56,272 bases of DNA from a virus (Duplodnaviria > Caudoviricetes). The stretch spans positions 1-56,272 of IMG/VR virus record IMGVR_UViG_3300031576_000051. One strand, written 5' to 3'. A model generated the notes under the pieces. The model was given only the letters and a program-made list of their open reading frames with translations, ran no database searches and was not told the origin of the DNA. Positions 44,555 through 53,650 of the stretch are shown here, piece by piece. Within the stretch, counting starts at the first letter, position 1. Every line of letters begins with the position of its first letter. Position numbers and translations under genes: made by a program.

Positions 44555-44932
44555 CTACGCGGGGGTCACCCGGAGAACCTTCACCTTCACGCCGGTGACG
44601 GACGAGTAGGTCAGGTTGACGTTGCCCCCTGAAACGGGCGGGACGGTGGCCTGCTGGTCGTTGTACCAGCCGAGCGGGAACGGCCCGATGACCTGCTTCC
44701 CCGTGGTCGCAGGGATGGTCGCGGTCTGGTCGGTCACCGCGAGCCCGTCGACGGTCAGCGTCGTCGCGATCGTCAGCGTCATTGGGGAGGCGTTGGTGTT
44801 CTCGATGACGAGAACCTCCTTCCCAGTGTTCGGGAAGGTGTCTCCGCCGACTGCTGCGGAGGTCATGCCGGCGCTGCTGATGTCGATGCCGTTCGAGCTG
44901 CGGATGACGTCGACGGGGACGAGGGCTGCCAT
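44555..44932 (-). CDS. Virion beta-sandwich protein, paralog 1
   Basis: AAGGAG SD; between the tail tube and chaperone genes. Confidence 0.7.
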   Translation of the reverse strand: MAALVPVDVIRSSNGIDISSAGMTSAAVGGDTFPNTGKEVLVIENTNASPMTLTIATTLTVDGLAVTDQTATIPATTGKQVIGPFPLGWYNDQQATVPPVSGGNVNLTYSSVTGVKVKVLRVTPA

Positions 44933-44977
44933 GGTGTTACTCCTTCGTTATGGTGCTGCGTTGGACTTCAGGGAGGC

Positions 44978-45430
44978 TCAGGTCGGAGCATAGTTCCAGG
45001 TCGGCTGTCCGGTGACCTTCAGCGTGACGGAGGTCTTGTACGCCTCTGCGACCGCGCCCTTCGGGCCGTCGACCATCTTCACGAACGCTGCGAACGTGAC
45101 GGTCGTCTTCGTGGTCGCGTGGTCGTTCATCACGAACTTGAAGTTCCTCGTCGTGCCGGCGTAGGCGTCGGTGCGGAGCCCCTGCTGCTGCGCGTCAGAG
45201 CCGACGAAGTTCATCTCGAGGGTGATCTCGCCGCCGTCTGCGAGCCCGCTGGAGATGAACTCCTTCGCCGTCGAGTCCATGTTGGTAACGTCGATCTCGT
45301 CGACCGTCACGGTGGGCGAGCTGAAGCTCGTCACCTCTCCGATCGTCGTGAAGTTCTCGGTGGGCGTCGCGCCGTCGCCTCGCTGACACATCGTCTGCTT
45401 GGTCGGCTTCGCCTTCGTGGGGGTTCCCAT
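44978..45430 (-). CDS. Major tail tube protein (lambda gpV-like)
   Basis: IGEV....P....EIDVT..DS..KEFI.GL.DGGE...LKVTG.P. Confidence 0.9.
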   Translation of the reverse strand: MGTPTKAKPTKQTMCQRGDGATPTENFTTIGEVTSFSSPTVTVDEIDVTNMDSTAKEFISSGLADGGEITLEMNFVGSDAQQQGLRTDAYAGTTRNFKFVMNDHATTKTTVTFAAFVKMVDGPKGAVAEAYKTSVTLKVTGQPTWNYAPT

Positions 45431-45504
45431 GTGTGCTCTCCTTGCTGCGAGATGGACGTCATCCTTCTACAGCGGGTGGACAGATGAACGGACTTTCCTC
45501 TTCT

Positions 45505-46410
45505 TCATGCGCCGCTGCTCAGCCGATAATCGCACGAGACGCGGTGAAGCCGGGCCTCGTCGTCGTACAGGTCACGCTCGTTGTCCTTCCAGCCTGCCAG
45601 GTCCGGCGAGGCGAGGTTGGCGAGGACGTTCTCGGCCGCCGTCGCCAGCTCGTGCGCCTGCTTGTACGTCGTCGCGTACGCGTCGAGCTGGAGCCGCGCG
45701 TGCTTGAGCCGCGTCTGCGCGCTCTCGGCGAGCGCGTTCTCGCTGACCTGTGACACGACGTTGTAGACGAGGAGAGGAAGCGCCGCGACCTGCGGCCGAA
45801 CGTTGGGGTAGGCGCGAACCCCGATGATGGACGATACCGCGGGGTCTGCGGTCAGGACCGCGAACACGCTCGCGCCGAGCGATGCCCCGACGACGTAGCC
45901 GAGGAGGAACGAGCCATCGTAGAGCCCGATGCTCCCGGGCGCGCCTGCCACCAAGTAGCTGGCGCCCGCAGCGAGGTCGCTCGCGCTCGGGGCGATGCCG
46001 TAGAGGTGCGTGTTGGGCGGGAGGAGGTTGACGAGCGCCGGAGGCGTCAGTGCTCCACCCGCAGCGCTCCGGTACAGGAGCACGGACGGAGGGTCGCCGA
46101 CCCACAACGTCCCGTCGCCGTTCTCGAAGTGCATCGCGTGGATCGGGTCGCTCGGCGGGTAGGCCGAACCGGAGACGTGAGTCGGAACGACCGCCGGCTC
46201 GGGCTCGACGAGGAACGCCGTTCCGGCGAGCACGTCGGCGTCGGAGAGCACCACGCCGTACAGTCCGCCTCCGAGGTTGCGCACGCCCTCGACGGGCGGC
46301 ATCCTCGCCATGCCGACGCGGTCACGGTACGCGACGATGCTCGAGACGACGTCGTCCCTCAGCTCGAGGGTGTTCGCGTCGCGGAAGGTGAAGGTCTTGA
46401 GCGAGCTCAC
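45505..46410 (-). CDS. Tail terminator (DUF3168-like) with long N-terminal extension
   Basis: C-terminal L.AD..V..IIG.R.YP...P...Y..VS...RLQLDAYA...DY. Confidence 0.75.
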   Translation of the reverse strand: MSSLKTFTFRDANTLELRDDVVSSIVAYRDRVGMARMPPVEGVRNLGGGLYGVVLSDADVLAGTAFLVEPEPAVVPTHVSGSAYPPSDPIHAMHFENGDGTLWVGDPPSVLLYRSAAGGALTPPALVNLLPPNTHLYGIAPSASDLAAGASYLVAGAPGSIGLYDGSFLLGYVVGASLGASVFAVLTADPAVSSIIGVRAYPNVRPQVAALPLLVYNVVSQVSENALAESAQTRLKHARLQLDAYATTYKQAHELATAAENVLANLASPDLAGWKDNERDLYDDEARLHRVSCDYRLSSGA

Positions 46411-47918
46411 CGAGCGCAGGCCCTCGAGTAGTAGCCAGCGGCTGCCGTGCTGATGCACGAGTTTGCCGTCACGCCCGCGAAGGTCGAGGTGACCGGGACG
46501 ATGGACGCCGGGTCCAAGCTGATCTCAGTCGGAGCGGTGAGCGTGACGCTGGTCTTCGTGTATGCGAAGGTTCCGCCGCCGATAACCTCCACGCCCGTCG
46601 TGGTCGCGGAGCCGCTCAGCGCGCCGGTGAAGTTCAGCACACCGTGGCCTTTGATCTGCACCGCCGTCGCGCAGCCGGAGATGTCGATCGCGCCGATGCC
46701 ATCAACCCCGCCCGCCGGACCGATGAATGTCGAGGCTACCCCGCCGAGTCGCAGACCGATCCCACCCGACGAACACGAAAGCCGGTTGTTGCTGAACGTT
46801 TGAAAGGACTCGAAGTTGTGAGCGATGGCCACGGCGCCGGCAGTCCCTCGGAATTCGTTATTTGAGACATTGAAGAGAAGGCTCGACCCGCCCGCAGTGT
46901 TGTTCAAGTTGAAGGCTGGGTTGCCGCTGCCGATGAAATGACGGATCAGCGAGTTTGTGATGCTGATCTGTCCGCCGCCAGGCGAGAACGTCGAGTTGGT
47001 GTTGTTCGGCGGCGCCAAGTCACATTTGTTGATGGTGAGCGATCCGCCATTGGCTGAAATCGTGTTGAAGAACAACGCGGCCGACGTGGATGAACTCGGG
47101 CGAAGTTGCATGTTCACGAACTGCACGCCGCTTCGATCGGCGATCTCAATCGCCACCCCCGCGTCTGGGGCGATCCTCATGTTGCGGAATGTGAGCGCCG
47201 TGCGGTTCCAGTCCAAGCTGTTCCCAGCCACGAAGATCACAGCTCGACTCGGGAGCGGATTGCCCGTAGCCGTCCCTGGTTCGGTCATGTTCGGCGGCCC
47301 AACCCACTCCAGCGCAGGATCTTGAATCGTGAACGTCGTCGAGGCCGTCGGGGCCGACCATGTGCCAACGACGGTGATTGTGTCCGACGTGTTCGAACTG
47401 ACGACGAAACCGGCGTTCGTCGGCGTCGCAGTGGTGATGAAACGGCCCGTGAGGTCGTTCACCGTCCAGCCGGCATCTGGGAGATTCAACGTGCCGAACG
47501 TCGTGCCAGAGCCGGCCGACCCAGTCGTGGCGGTCCCGGTAGCCGGGCCGCTGGCGAGCACGCTATCCGCGAGCACGCCGTCGAAGAGCAGGCCGCCGTT
47601 CTGCTGCTGCGCCCCGTAGTCGTAGCTGAAGCCGTTCACGAGGAAGCCGTTGTAGGCCCCCGCGTCGATCGACACGGTGACCCTATGGCGAAGCATCTTC
47701 GGGATCTTGTTCACCGCCGCCTGAGGCTGCCTGCACGGCCCGTTCCTCCCACCGTCGGTGAACGGCGCGCGACACGTGTTCGAGTCGTTCCCGCGCACGT
47801 CGACGTACCAAGTGAGCCCGCCGCCATCGGGCGAGACGGTGTACGTGACGACGTTCTGAACCGGCGTAGACGACGGGCCGCCCTGCGCGAGGGCGAACAA
47901 CAGCGCAAGTAGGGTCAT
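46407..47918 (-). CDS. Right-handed beta-helix protein with signal-peptide-like N-terminus
   Basis: WYVD..GNDSN.C...PC...QAAV entry motif; Asn/Gly/Thr-rich repeats. Confidence 0.7.
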   Translation of the reverse strand: MTLLALLFALAQGGPSSTPVQNVVTYTVSPDGGGLTWYVDVRGNDSNTCRAPFTDGGRNGPCRQPQAAVNKIPKMLRHRVTVSIDAGAYNGFLVNGFSYDYGAQQQNGGLLFDGVLADSVLASGPATGTATTGSAGSGTTFGTLNLPDAGWTVNDLTGRFITTATPTNAGFVVSSNTSDTITVVGTWSAPTASTTFTIQDPALEWVGPPNMTEPGTATGNPLPSRAVIFVAGNSLDWNRTALTFRNMRIAPDAGVAIEIADRSGVQFVNMQLRPSSSTSAALFFNTISANGGSLTINKCDLAPPNNTNSTFSPGGGQISITNSLIRHFIGSGNPAFNLNNTAGGSSLLFNVSNNEFRGTAGAVAIAHNFESFQTFSNNRLSCSSGGIGLRLGGVASTFIGPAGGVDGIGAIDISGCATAVQIKGHGVLNFTGALSGSATTTGVEVIGGGTFAYTKTSVTLTAPTEISLDPASIVPVTSTFAGVTANSCISTAAAGYYSRACAR

Positions 47919-48361
47919 CTCGTCTTCCTTTTCGTGACCTTCTTGATGGCTTCGAGGATCTCGACCTTCAGCGCATCGAGCACTGCCTGCTTGTTCGCGT
48001 CGAGGGCGGGGCGGAGGAACGGGTGCGGCGCCAGGTCGGCCGTGCCCAGCTCGACGAAGTGCCAGCGCCTGGCTGGCGGCAGGGTGTCCTTGCCTACGCC
48101 GTCTGCGCCGCCGGCTCCGCGCTTTGATGCACCGATGCGGATGCCGACGCGGATGACCCCGTCGCGACCCTTTCGCGAGGTGAGCCTCAGCGAGTCGGCG
48201 AGAGAGCCCGTGTCGCGAGGCGCCATCTGCTTCGCGGCGGCGAGCACCGGTGCGAATGCCTTCCTCATGCCCTGCACGAGCGCCTTCGCGGCGAGCTTGG
48301 CCGGAAGCTCGGCGAGCGTCGCCCGCAGCTCCTTAAGCCCGTGGATCTGAACGTTAGCCAC
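47915..48361 (-). CDS. HK97 gp10-like neck protein
   Basis: I.GLKEL...AP.DTGSL...WHFVELGT...PHPFLRPALD. Confidence 0.9.
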   Translation of the reverse strand: MANVQIHGLKELRATLAELPAKLAAKALVQGMRKAFAPVLAAAKQMAPRDTGSLADSLRLTSRKGRDGVIRVGIRIGASKRGAGGADGVGKDTLPPARRWHFVELGTADLAPHPFLRPALDANKQAVLDALKVEILEAIKKVTKRKTR

Positions 48362-48707
48362 CTGGATCCTCCTCGACGTGCTCCTTCGTCGTCATCGTCA
48401 TCTCGTTCTTGAGCCCGTCGGGGTCGAAGCACGAGACGACGTCGTAGACCTTGCCGCCGAACAGCGCCCGCGTCTCGCCGAGCGCGAACGAGTCCACTAT
48501 GAGCTGCTCGTACCGAAGCCTGAGGACGGACGGCACGCGCGCGTTGCGACCAGCGGACGCGAACACCTCGTCGCCCAGCGCCCGCTCGATGCCGCAGCGC
48601 CGCTCCGCGACGAGAGTCCACGCACGGATGAGCTCGCCCGTCTCGTTCGTCGTCGTCGAGCGACGCTCGACGCGGACCACGAATCTCAGCTTTCCGGCAT
48701 GGATCAT
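48354..48707 (-). CDS. Head closure protein (SPP1 gp16-like)
   Basis: AGKLR....E......GE...W; position. Confidence 0.8.
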   Translation of the reverse strand: MIHAGKLRFVVRVERRSTTTNETGELIRAWTLVAERRCGIERALGDEVFASAGRNARVPSVLRLRYEQLIVDSFALGETRALFGGKVYDVVSCFDPDGLKNEMTMTTKEHVEEDPGG

Positions 48708-48726
48708 CGCATCGAACCTGAATCAA

Positions 48727-49326
48727 TCATAGATAGATGATCCGATGCTGCGAAAGGAGAGCCTCGAATGAAAATTTGACCGAAGCGGTGATGGTTCCGG
48801 TCACCTCTGGAGTCCTGTGCTCGTACATCTGAGAGACGAGGATGGCGATGGCCTGCTTGACGGAAGAGGGCACGGCCTCGGGCTCCCATCCGACGATGTA
48901 CTCGACGCGCACGGCGTCCCATCGTGTCTGCACGGACGGCCACGACCCATCGGGCGCGAGCCGAACGCGAGCGGGAACAGTCGCGTCGTCGACGAGGTAC
49001 ACGGACGGGTCCAGCGTCTGAACGTCGCCGTTCTCATCAACGTAGGTCACTTCCACGTCAGGATCTGCCAGGTTCCCCCTGGAAAGCTCGAGGTACACAT
49101 CCTTTTGCCCATCTGGGGTGGAGGAGGCGGGGAACGCCGAGAACAGAGCCTGCCATGTCTGCGTGACGAACTTCCGATTGCAGAACCCTTCCGCATGCTC
49201 ACGCGCGGCGATGAGGCACGTCGCGATGAGCGCGTCATCGTCCGCCGTCTCGACGACGAGATGGGCCTTCGCCTCGGCGATGGAGACGGGCTCTACAACC
49301 GGCGGAGTGACGAGACGCTCAGGCAA
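48727..49326 (-). CDS. Head-tail connector (HK97 gp6-like)
   Basis: EPVSIAEAKAHL...DDALI...AAR...VP..VKQAI...YEHR. Confidence 0.9.
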   Translation of the reverse strand: MPERLVTPPVVEPVSIAEAKAHLVVETADDDALIATCLIAAREHAEGFCNRKFVTQTWQALFSAFPASSTPDGQKDVYLELSRGNLADPDVEVTYVDENGDVQTLDPSVYLVDDATVPARVRLAPDGSWPSVQTRWDAVRVEYIVGWEPEAVPSSVKQAIAILVSQMYEHRTPEVTGTITASVKFSFEALLSQHRIIYL

Positions 49327-49430
49327 GTTGACCTCTCGAGAACGCTTTGAACCTCAAACGGAGGCTGCGGCTTCGAACCGACGGGCATCGGGAGCCGTTC
49401 GAGGCTCCCGACCCCGCAACCTCCTGGTCA

Positions 49431-49829
49431 TCAGGCGACCGGCGCGTTCCTCGCATTCCCGAGGATCGCCAGCGCCGCGAGCAGGGCGCCCGTGGTCACG
49501 CCCGTCGACACCACCTTGATGCGGACGTACCGCTTGCCGCCCTTGTAGCCGACCTTCTCGACCGCGGCGTCCTCCGTCGAGATGACCGTCGGCTCGGTGC
49601 CGATGAGATCGGCGGCAGCCGCCTGCGCCTCGTCGGACATGTTCGCCGCGTCTCCGGCGAAGACCTGCACGGCGTAGGAGCCGTCGGTCACGACGCCGGA
49701 CTGAACCGCGAACTCGCAGGACTCGAAGCCCTGACGATCCACGGTGGCGCCGACCGTGGTGGTGTTGGTGGTGATGGCGGCCGGAGCCAACCCGGTCGTG
49801 GTCTTGATGTTGTTGTGAAGATCTCGCAT
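49431..49829 (-). CDS. Putative capsid decoration protein
   Basis: Directly after the MCP; VD..GF...GY.G.KRYVR. Confidence 0.65.
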   Translation of the reverse strand: MRDLHNNIKTTTGLAPAAITTNTTTVGATVDRQGFESCEFAVQSGVVTDGSYAVQVFAGDAANMSDEAQAAAADLIGTEPTVISTEDAAVEKVGYKGGKRYVRIKVVSTGVTTGALLAALAILGNARNAPVA

Positions 49830-49892
49830 TGTCTTTTCCTCGTGCTGCTTGTGTTGGTTGAAGGTTGAACTGAAATGGGTTTCGGGTTTCTC

Positions 49893-49930
49893 GAGAAGAC
49901 GGGCGAGACCGAAACCTCGCCCGTCTTCTC
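49893..49930 (-). terminator. 15-bp perfect stem-loop after the major capsid gene
   Basis: GAGAAGACGGGCGAG-N8-CTCGCCCGTCTTCTC; no U-tract, so it may be a stabiliser rather than a terminator. Confidence 0.5.
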
Positions 49931-49938
49931 AGCTCACG

Positions 49939-51252
49939 TCAGACCGCGCACTTCAGGAGGCGAATGGCCTCGGCGAGCACGACCTGCCCGCCGACGCGGC
50001 GCCGCGCGGTGAACTTCACCTGACCGACGCTCGCGACGGTGAACGGGTCGCGCGCGATCTGCATCTCGATGCGATCGACCAGCGTGAACGCGCGCCGCCA
50101 GTCGCCGAAGGCGATGGGGAACGCGTCGGCCGCCTGGTTCGGCATGTCGGGCATCTCGGTGTACGGCGCGCCGAGGATGCTCGGCGGAGCCGAGGCGACG
50201 AGGCCCGGCTGCCAGATGTACGCCTCGTTGGCGTCCTTCAGCTTGCGGAGCTGACCGAGCGTGTTGCGGTTGAGCACCCATCGGCCGTTCGCCGAGTAGC
50301 TGCTCTTGAGCCCGTAGAACACGTCCATGATCCCGTTCGCGCCGCCGTCGACGTCAGCGATGGTCGCCGCCGTGCCCGAGTTGGACGACTGGATGGGAGT
50401 CGCCGGACCCGCCGCGTTCGGATCGAGGAAGCCGAGGATCTTGTTGACCCCGTTCCCGTTGACGACCTCGCTGCCCTCGGTCACGCCGAACTGCTCGCTG
50501 AACTCGTCGGTCAACTCCTGCTCGAGGTTGAACGCCGAGTCCTCGAGGTTCTGCATCGAGATCCGCGCCTCAGCGTACATCTCCGGAGCCTGGATCTTCA
50601 GCAGACCCCACGAGGGGTTCGTCGTCTCGGCGCGGGTGCCGATCTCGCTCACGCGAGTCGCCGCGGCCGTGCCCGTGCGACGCGGCTGCAGGTACTCGCC
50701 CGTGCCGATCTGGCGCACGTTGCAGATGCCGCGGAAGGGCGACACCTCGACGATGGCCTTGATGATCTCCTGGATGTACGTTCCCGGAGCGAGGTAGCCG
50801 CCCGTCGTGTCGGTGCCGACGGTCAGCACCTTCCGCTCGTCGGCGCTCAGAACCTCGAGCCCCTTGCGGAGGAACCTGTCGTACGCCTTGCGCTCGATGA
50901 TGCCGCGCCCCTTGAGCACCTCCTCGTCGGTGGAGCCGCCGAGCCCGAGCGCCGCGCGATTGATGCGAGCCTCGAACTTCCGCTCCTCCTCGAGCCGAGC
51001 CTGCTTCCAGGCGACCTCCTCGGCCTCGCGCTTGGCCTTCGCCTCGTCCTGCTGGCGATGCCACTCGCTCTGAACGCGCGACTGTTTGGTGATCATGTCG
51101 TTGATGCGGTCGAGCTTCTCATCGAAGTCGCTCGTGCTCTTGTTCGCCGCGAGCGCCTCGAGCCGCTTGTCGTTGACCTTCTTGTACTCGTCGAAGCCCT
51201 TCGCGACTTCCTCGAGCGCCTTCTTGACTTCGTTCTCTTCGATCTGTGCCAT
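49939..51252 (-). CDS. Major capsid protein, HK97 fold
   Basis: Coiled-coil delta domain; GGYLAP, G.G.N...G, LKD....YIWQP, FGDW, R.GG.V. Confidence 0.95.
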   Translation of the reverse strand: MAQIEENEVKKALEEVAKGFDEYKKVNDKRLEALAANKSTSDFDEKLDRINDMITKQSRVQSEWHRQQDEAKAKREAEEVAWKQARLEEERKFEARINRAALGLGGSTDEEVLKGRGIIERKAYDRFLRKGLEVLSADERKVLTVGTDTTGGYLAPGTYIQEIIKAIVEVSPFRGICNVRQIGTGEYLQPRRTGTAAATRVSEIGTRAETTNPSWGLLKIQAPEMYAEARISMQNLEDSAFNLEQELTDEFSEQFGVTEGSEVVNGNGVNKILGFLDPNAAGPATPIQSSNSGTAATIADVDGGANGIMDVFYGLKSSYSANGRWVLNRNTLGQLRKLKDANEAYIWQPGLVASAPPSILGAPYTEMPDMPNQAADAFPIAFGDWRRAFTLVDRIEMQIARDPFTVASVGQVKFTARRRVGGQVVLAEAIRLLKCAV

Positions 51253-51267
51253 GTGTCTTGTTCCTGT

Positions 51268-52152
51268 TCACGTGCTGCGAAGTTTGGACACGAGTTCCCT
51301 CATGGAACTCACGATGCTGCTCGTCTCAGCGTCGCGCTGAGCTTTCTGCTCCGGCGTCTCGCCGGACTTCTGCATGATCTTTCGAATCTTCTCGTGGAAG
51401 GGAACGACCGCCTCGACGGCGGGGGCGGGAGGAGCGGCGACGGGCTCGGCCTTCTTCCCCTCGGCCTCCGGTTCATCGTCGTCATCTTCGTCGTCTTCAG
51501 CACGTCGACGATCGGCCTTCGTGCCGAGCAGCGCGGTGAACCCCTCGGAGAGGAGCGCATGCGCCTCGCGCCTCGAGAGGCCGAGCGTGCGAAGGCCCGC
51601 CTCGAGTCCACGGATGTCGCTCTTGACGTCGGTGATGCGAGCGGGCCCGTTGCCGGGCTCGTCGACGATGGAGATCTCCTTCAGCTCCACCTTCAGGATG
51701 TCACGAAGCTTCTTCTTCTCGTCGAGGAACACCTCGGTGGGACGGAACCCGATCGATAGGCCCGTGATGGCTCCCATCTTCATCAGCTCGAGCAGCGGCA
51801 CGCCCGACGGCGTGACGGCGCTCTTGGATACCTGGCCGGACACCGCGAGCGCGCTCTTGGTCTCCTTCACGTCGGTCCAGACGCCCGGGATGTTGCCACG
51901 CTCATGCATGTAGAGCATGAGCGGCTTCGTGCCGGCCTTCGTGAAGGCCGCGAGCGATTCCTCGAACGCTCCGGGCATCACGCGGTCCTTCCATTCGGGG
52001 CCGAGCATCCATGAACTGGTCGGATGCTCCGTGTTGAACACGATTCCCTTGCCGGAGAACGTTCCATCGCTCTCCTTGAGGTCTTCGACGTTGAACGGCT
52101 CGACGAGGCGCTTGACCTCAAATGCAGCGATCTTCTTGGGGAGGTTTCTCAT
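51268..52152 (-). CDS. HK97-family prohead protease
   Basis: PGAF...LYMH...G.W...GLSIGF...LKEISIV..P.N. Confidence 0.9.
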   Translation of the reverse strand: MRNLPKKIAAFEVKRLVEPFNVEDLKESDGTFSGKGIVFNTEHPTSSWMLGPEWKDRVMPGAFEESLAAFTKAGTKPLMLYMHERGNIPGVWTDVKETKSALAVSGQVSKSAVTPSGVPLLELMKMGAITGLSIGFRPTEVFLDEKKKLRDILKVELKEISIVDEPGNGPARITDVKSDIRGLEAGLRTLGLSRREAHALLSEGFTALLGTKADRRRAEDDEDDDDEPEAEGKKAEPVAAPPAPAVEAVVPFHEKIRKIMQKSGETPEQKAQRDAETSSIVSSMRELVSKLRST

Positions 52153-52186
52153 TCCGTGCTCCAACGTAGCGGGAAGTGTGGACTGC

Positions 52187-53440
52187 CTACTCGTCTTCGG
52201 GCACTGCGGGTTCTTCGGCGTCGTCCTCGGCAGGCGCCTCGCCAGGCTGACCGGTTCCGGCCTGCATGTTCATCGGGGTGAGAACGACGTCGAGGCCAGG
52301 CAGCGGGTCGAGGTCCTCGAGCCGGCGCGCTTCGTTGCGCGTCATCCATCCGTTGATGATGCCGCTCGAGTAGAAGGCCGCTCGCTGTTGGGCCGAGCCG
52401 CGCATCAGAGCCTGCATCATGAACTTCGCCTCGAGCCCTGACTGCACCTCCTCCTCGGTGAGGAGGTCGCGAAGGATGGCCTGCTCCCAGAGCGTCACCC
52501 ACGGCTGCAGGGTGTGACCGACGTGGGCGCCGAAGAACGACTCCGCGCTCGCGTACGTCGGCGTGGCGGAGGAGGCGGCGATCATCTGCGGGAACACGCG
52601 GAAGAGACGGCAGACCTCCTCGACCTGAAACTTCCGAGTCTCGAGGTGCTGACCGTCGACGCCTTCCATCTGCCATGGCTCGAACTTGAGCCCGTTGTCC
52701 AAGAGGATGGTCTTGAACGCGTTGGCGACGCCGGAGTACGTGCTCGCGAACTGTTCCTTGGTCCGATCGATCTGCTCCTTGTTGAGGACGGCGGACGTGG
52801 AGAGAATGCCGCCCGGCTTCGCGCCGTTGCCGTGCATCCGCGCCTGCGTCTCCTCCGCGGCGAGCGCCAGGCCGATCGCCTCCGTCCCTTGCGCCACAAG
52901 CTCGAGCGCACTGTACCCGTTCCACGAAAGACCGTGGATGACGTGAACTTGGTCGCGCGTGAGCGTCGCGATGCGCCCGGACCTGTCCGAAACGTCGTAG
53001 ACGAGCGTGTAATCGGCGAGCTGACGCACGCAGACGTTCTGTGGCATGATCGGGATCAGCTCGAGCACGCTTCCGTCTCGCTCGCTTCTGTTCACGAATG
53101 AGATGCCATACTTGCAGAGCAGGGCATGAAGCATCATCGTCATCCGCCACTCCATCGAGGTCTGCCACTCGTTGGGGCGCCGGTACAGGAGCCGATACAA
53201 CGGAAGGTCCTTGCGAACCGTCTTCGAACCGTCGGAGCGCTCCTGGATGAGCTTCAGGGGGAGCTTTCCAAGATCCTCGGCGACGACGCGACAGCAGCCG
53301 TACACCGCGGAGACGCGGAGGGCAGTCGCCTCGCTGACCGACAGCCCGGTCTTCGACCGCACGCCGTTGTCGAGCGCCGTCCACGTGAGCGCCGTTGCAT
53401 CTGCCACCTTGCGTTCGAAGAACTTTCCAAAGAAGCTCAT
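52187..53440 (-). CDS. Portal protein, HK97 family
   Basis: AL..SAVY.C...PN..QT...NGAKPGGIL...G.MT.NEAR..E.L.P. Confidence 0.95.
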   Translation of the reverse strand: MSFFGKFFERKVADATALTWTALDNGVRSKTGLSVSEATALRVSAVYGCCRVVAEDLGKLPLKLIQERSDGSKTVRKDLPLYRLLYRRPNEWQTSMEWRMTMMLHALLCKYGISFVNRSERDGSVLELIPIMPQNVCVRQLADYTLVYDVSDRSGRIATLTRDQVHVIHGLSWNGYSALELVAQGTEAIGLALAAEETQARMHGNGAKPGGILSTSAVLNKEQIDRTKEQFASTYSGVANAFKTILLDNGLKFEPWQMEGVDGQHLETRKFQVEEVCRLFRVFPQMIAASSATPTYASAESFFGAHVGHTLQPWVTLWEQAILRDLLTEEEVQSGLEAKFMMQALMRGSAQQRAAFYSSGIINGWMTRNEARRLEDLDPLPGLDVVLTPMNMQAGTGQPGEAPAEDDAEEPAVPEDE

Positions 53441-53619
53441 CGCCTCACCATCGCAGCTCCGACGCCGAACGTCAGGAGGATGACGCCGAGAGTGATGAAC
53501 CCGGCCGGTTGATAGATGACCCATGCCCCGTATGACGTGAGGCCCACGCCCGCGAGGATGGCCATGTCGACCATGAACTCGCGGAATCCTCCGCCTCTGC
53601 TGCCTGGAACGGTTGCCAT
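53437..53619 (-). CDS. Small two-TM membrane protein
   Basis: Two hydrophobic helices; GAGGGAG SD. Confidence 0.6.
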   Translation of the reverse strand: MATVPGSRGGGFREFMVDMAILAGVGLTSYGAWVIYQPAGFITLGVILLTFGVGAAMVRR

Positions 53620-53650
53620 TGTCTCCCTCTTTCGTAGCCCGTACGGTGGA

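Noticed and set aside
49849-51759. 636-aa + strand ORF
   Set aside because: Antisense shadow of the major capsid and protease genes.
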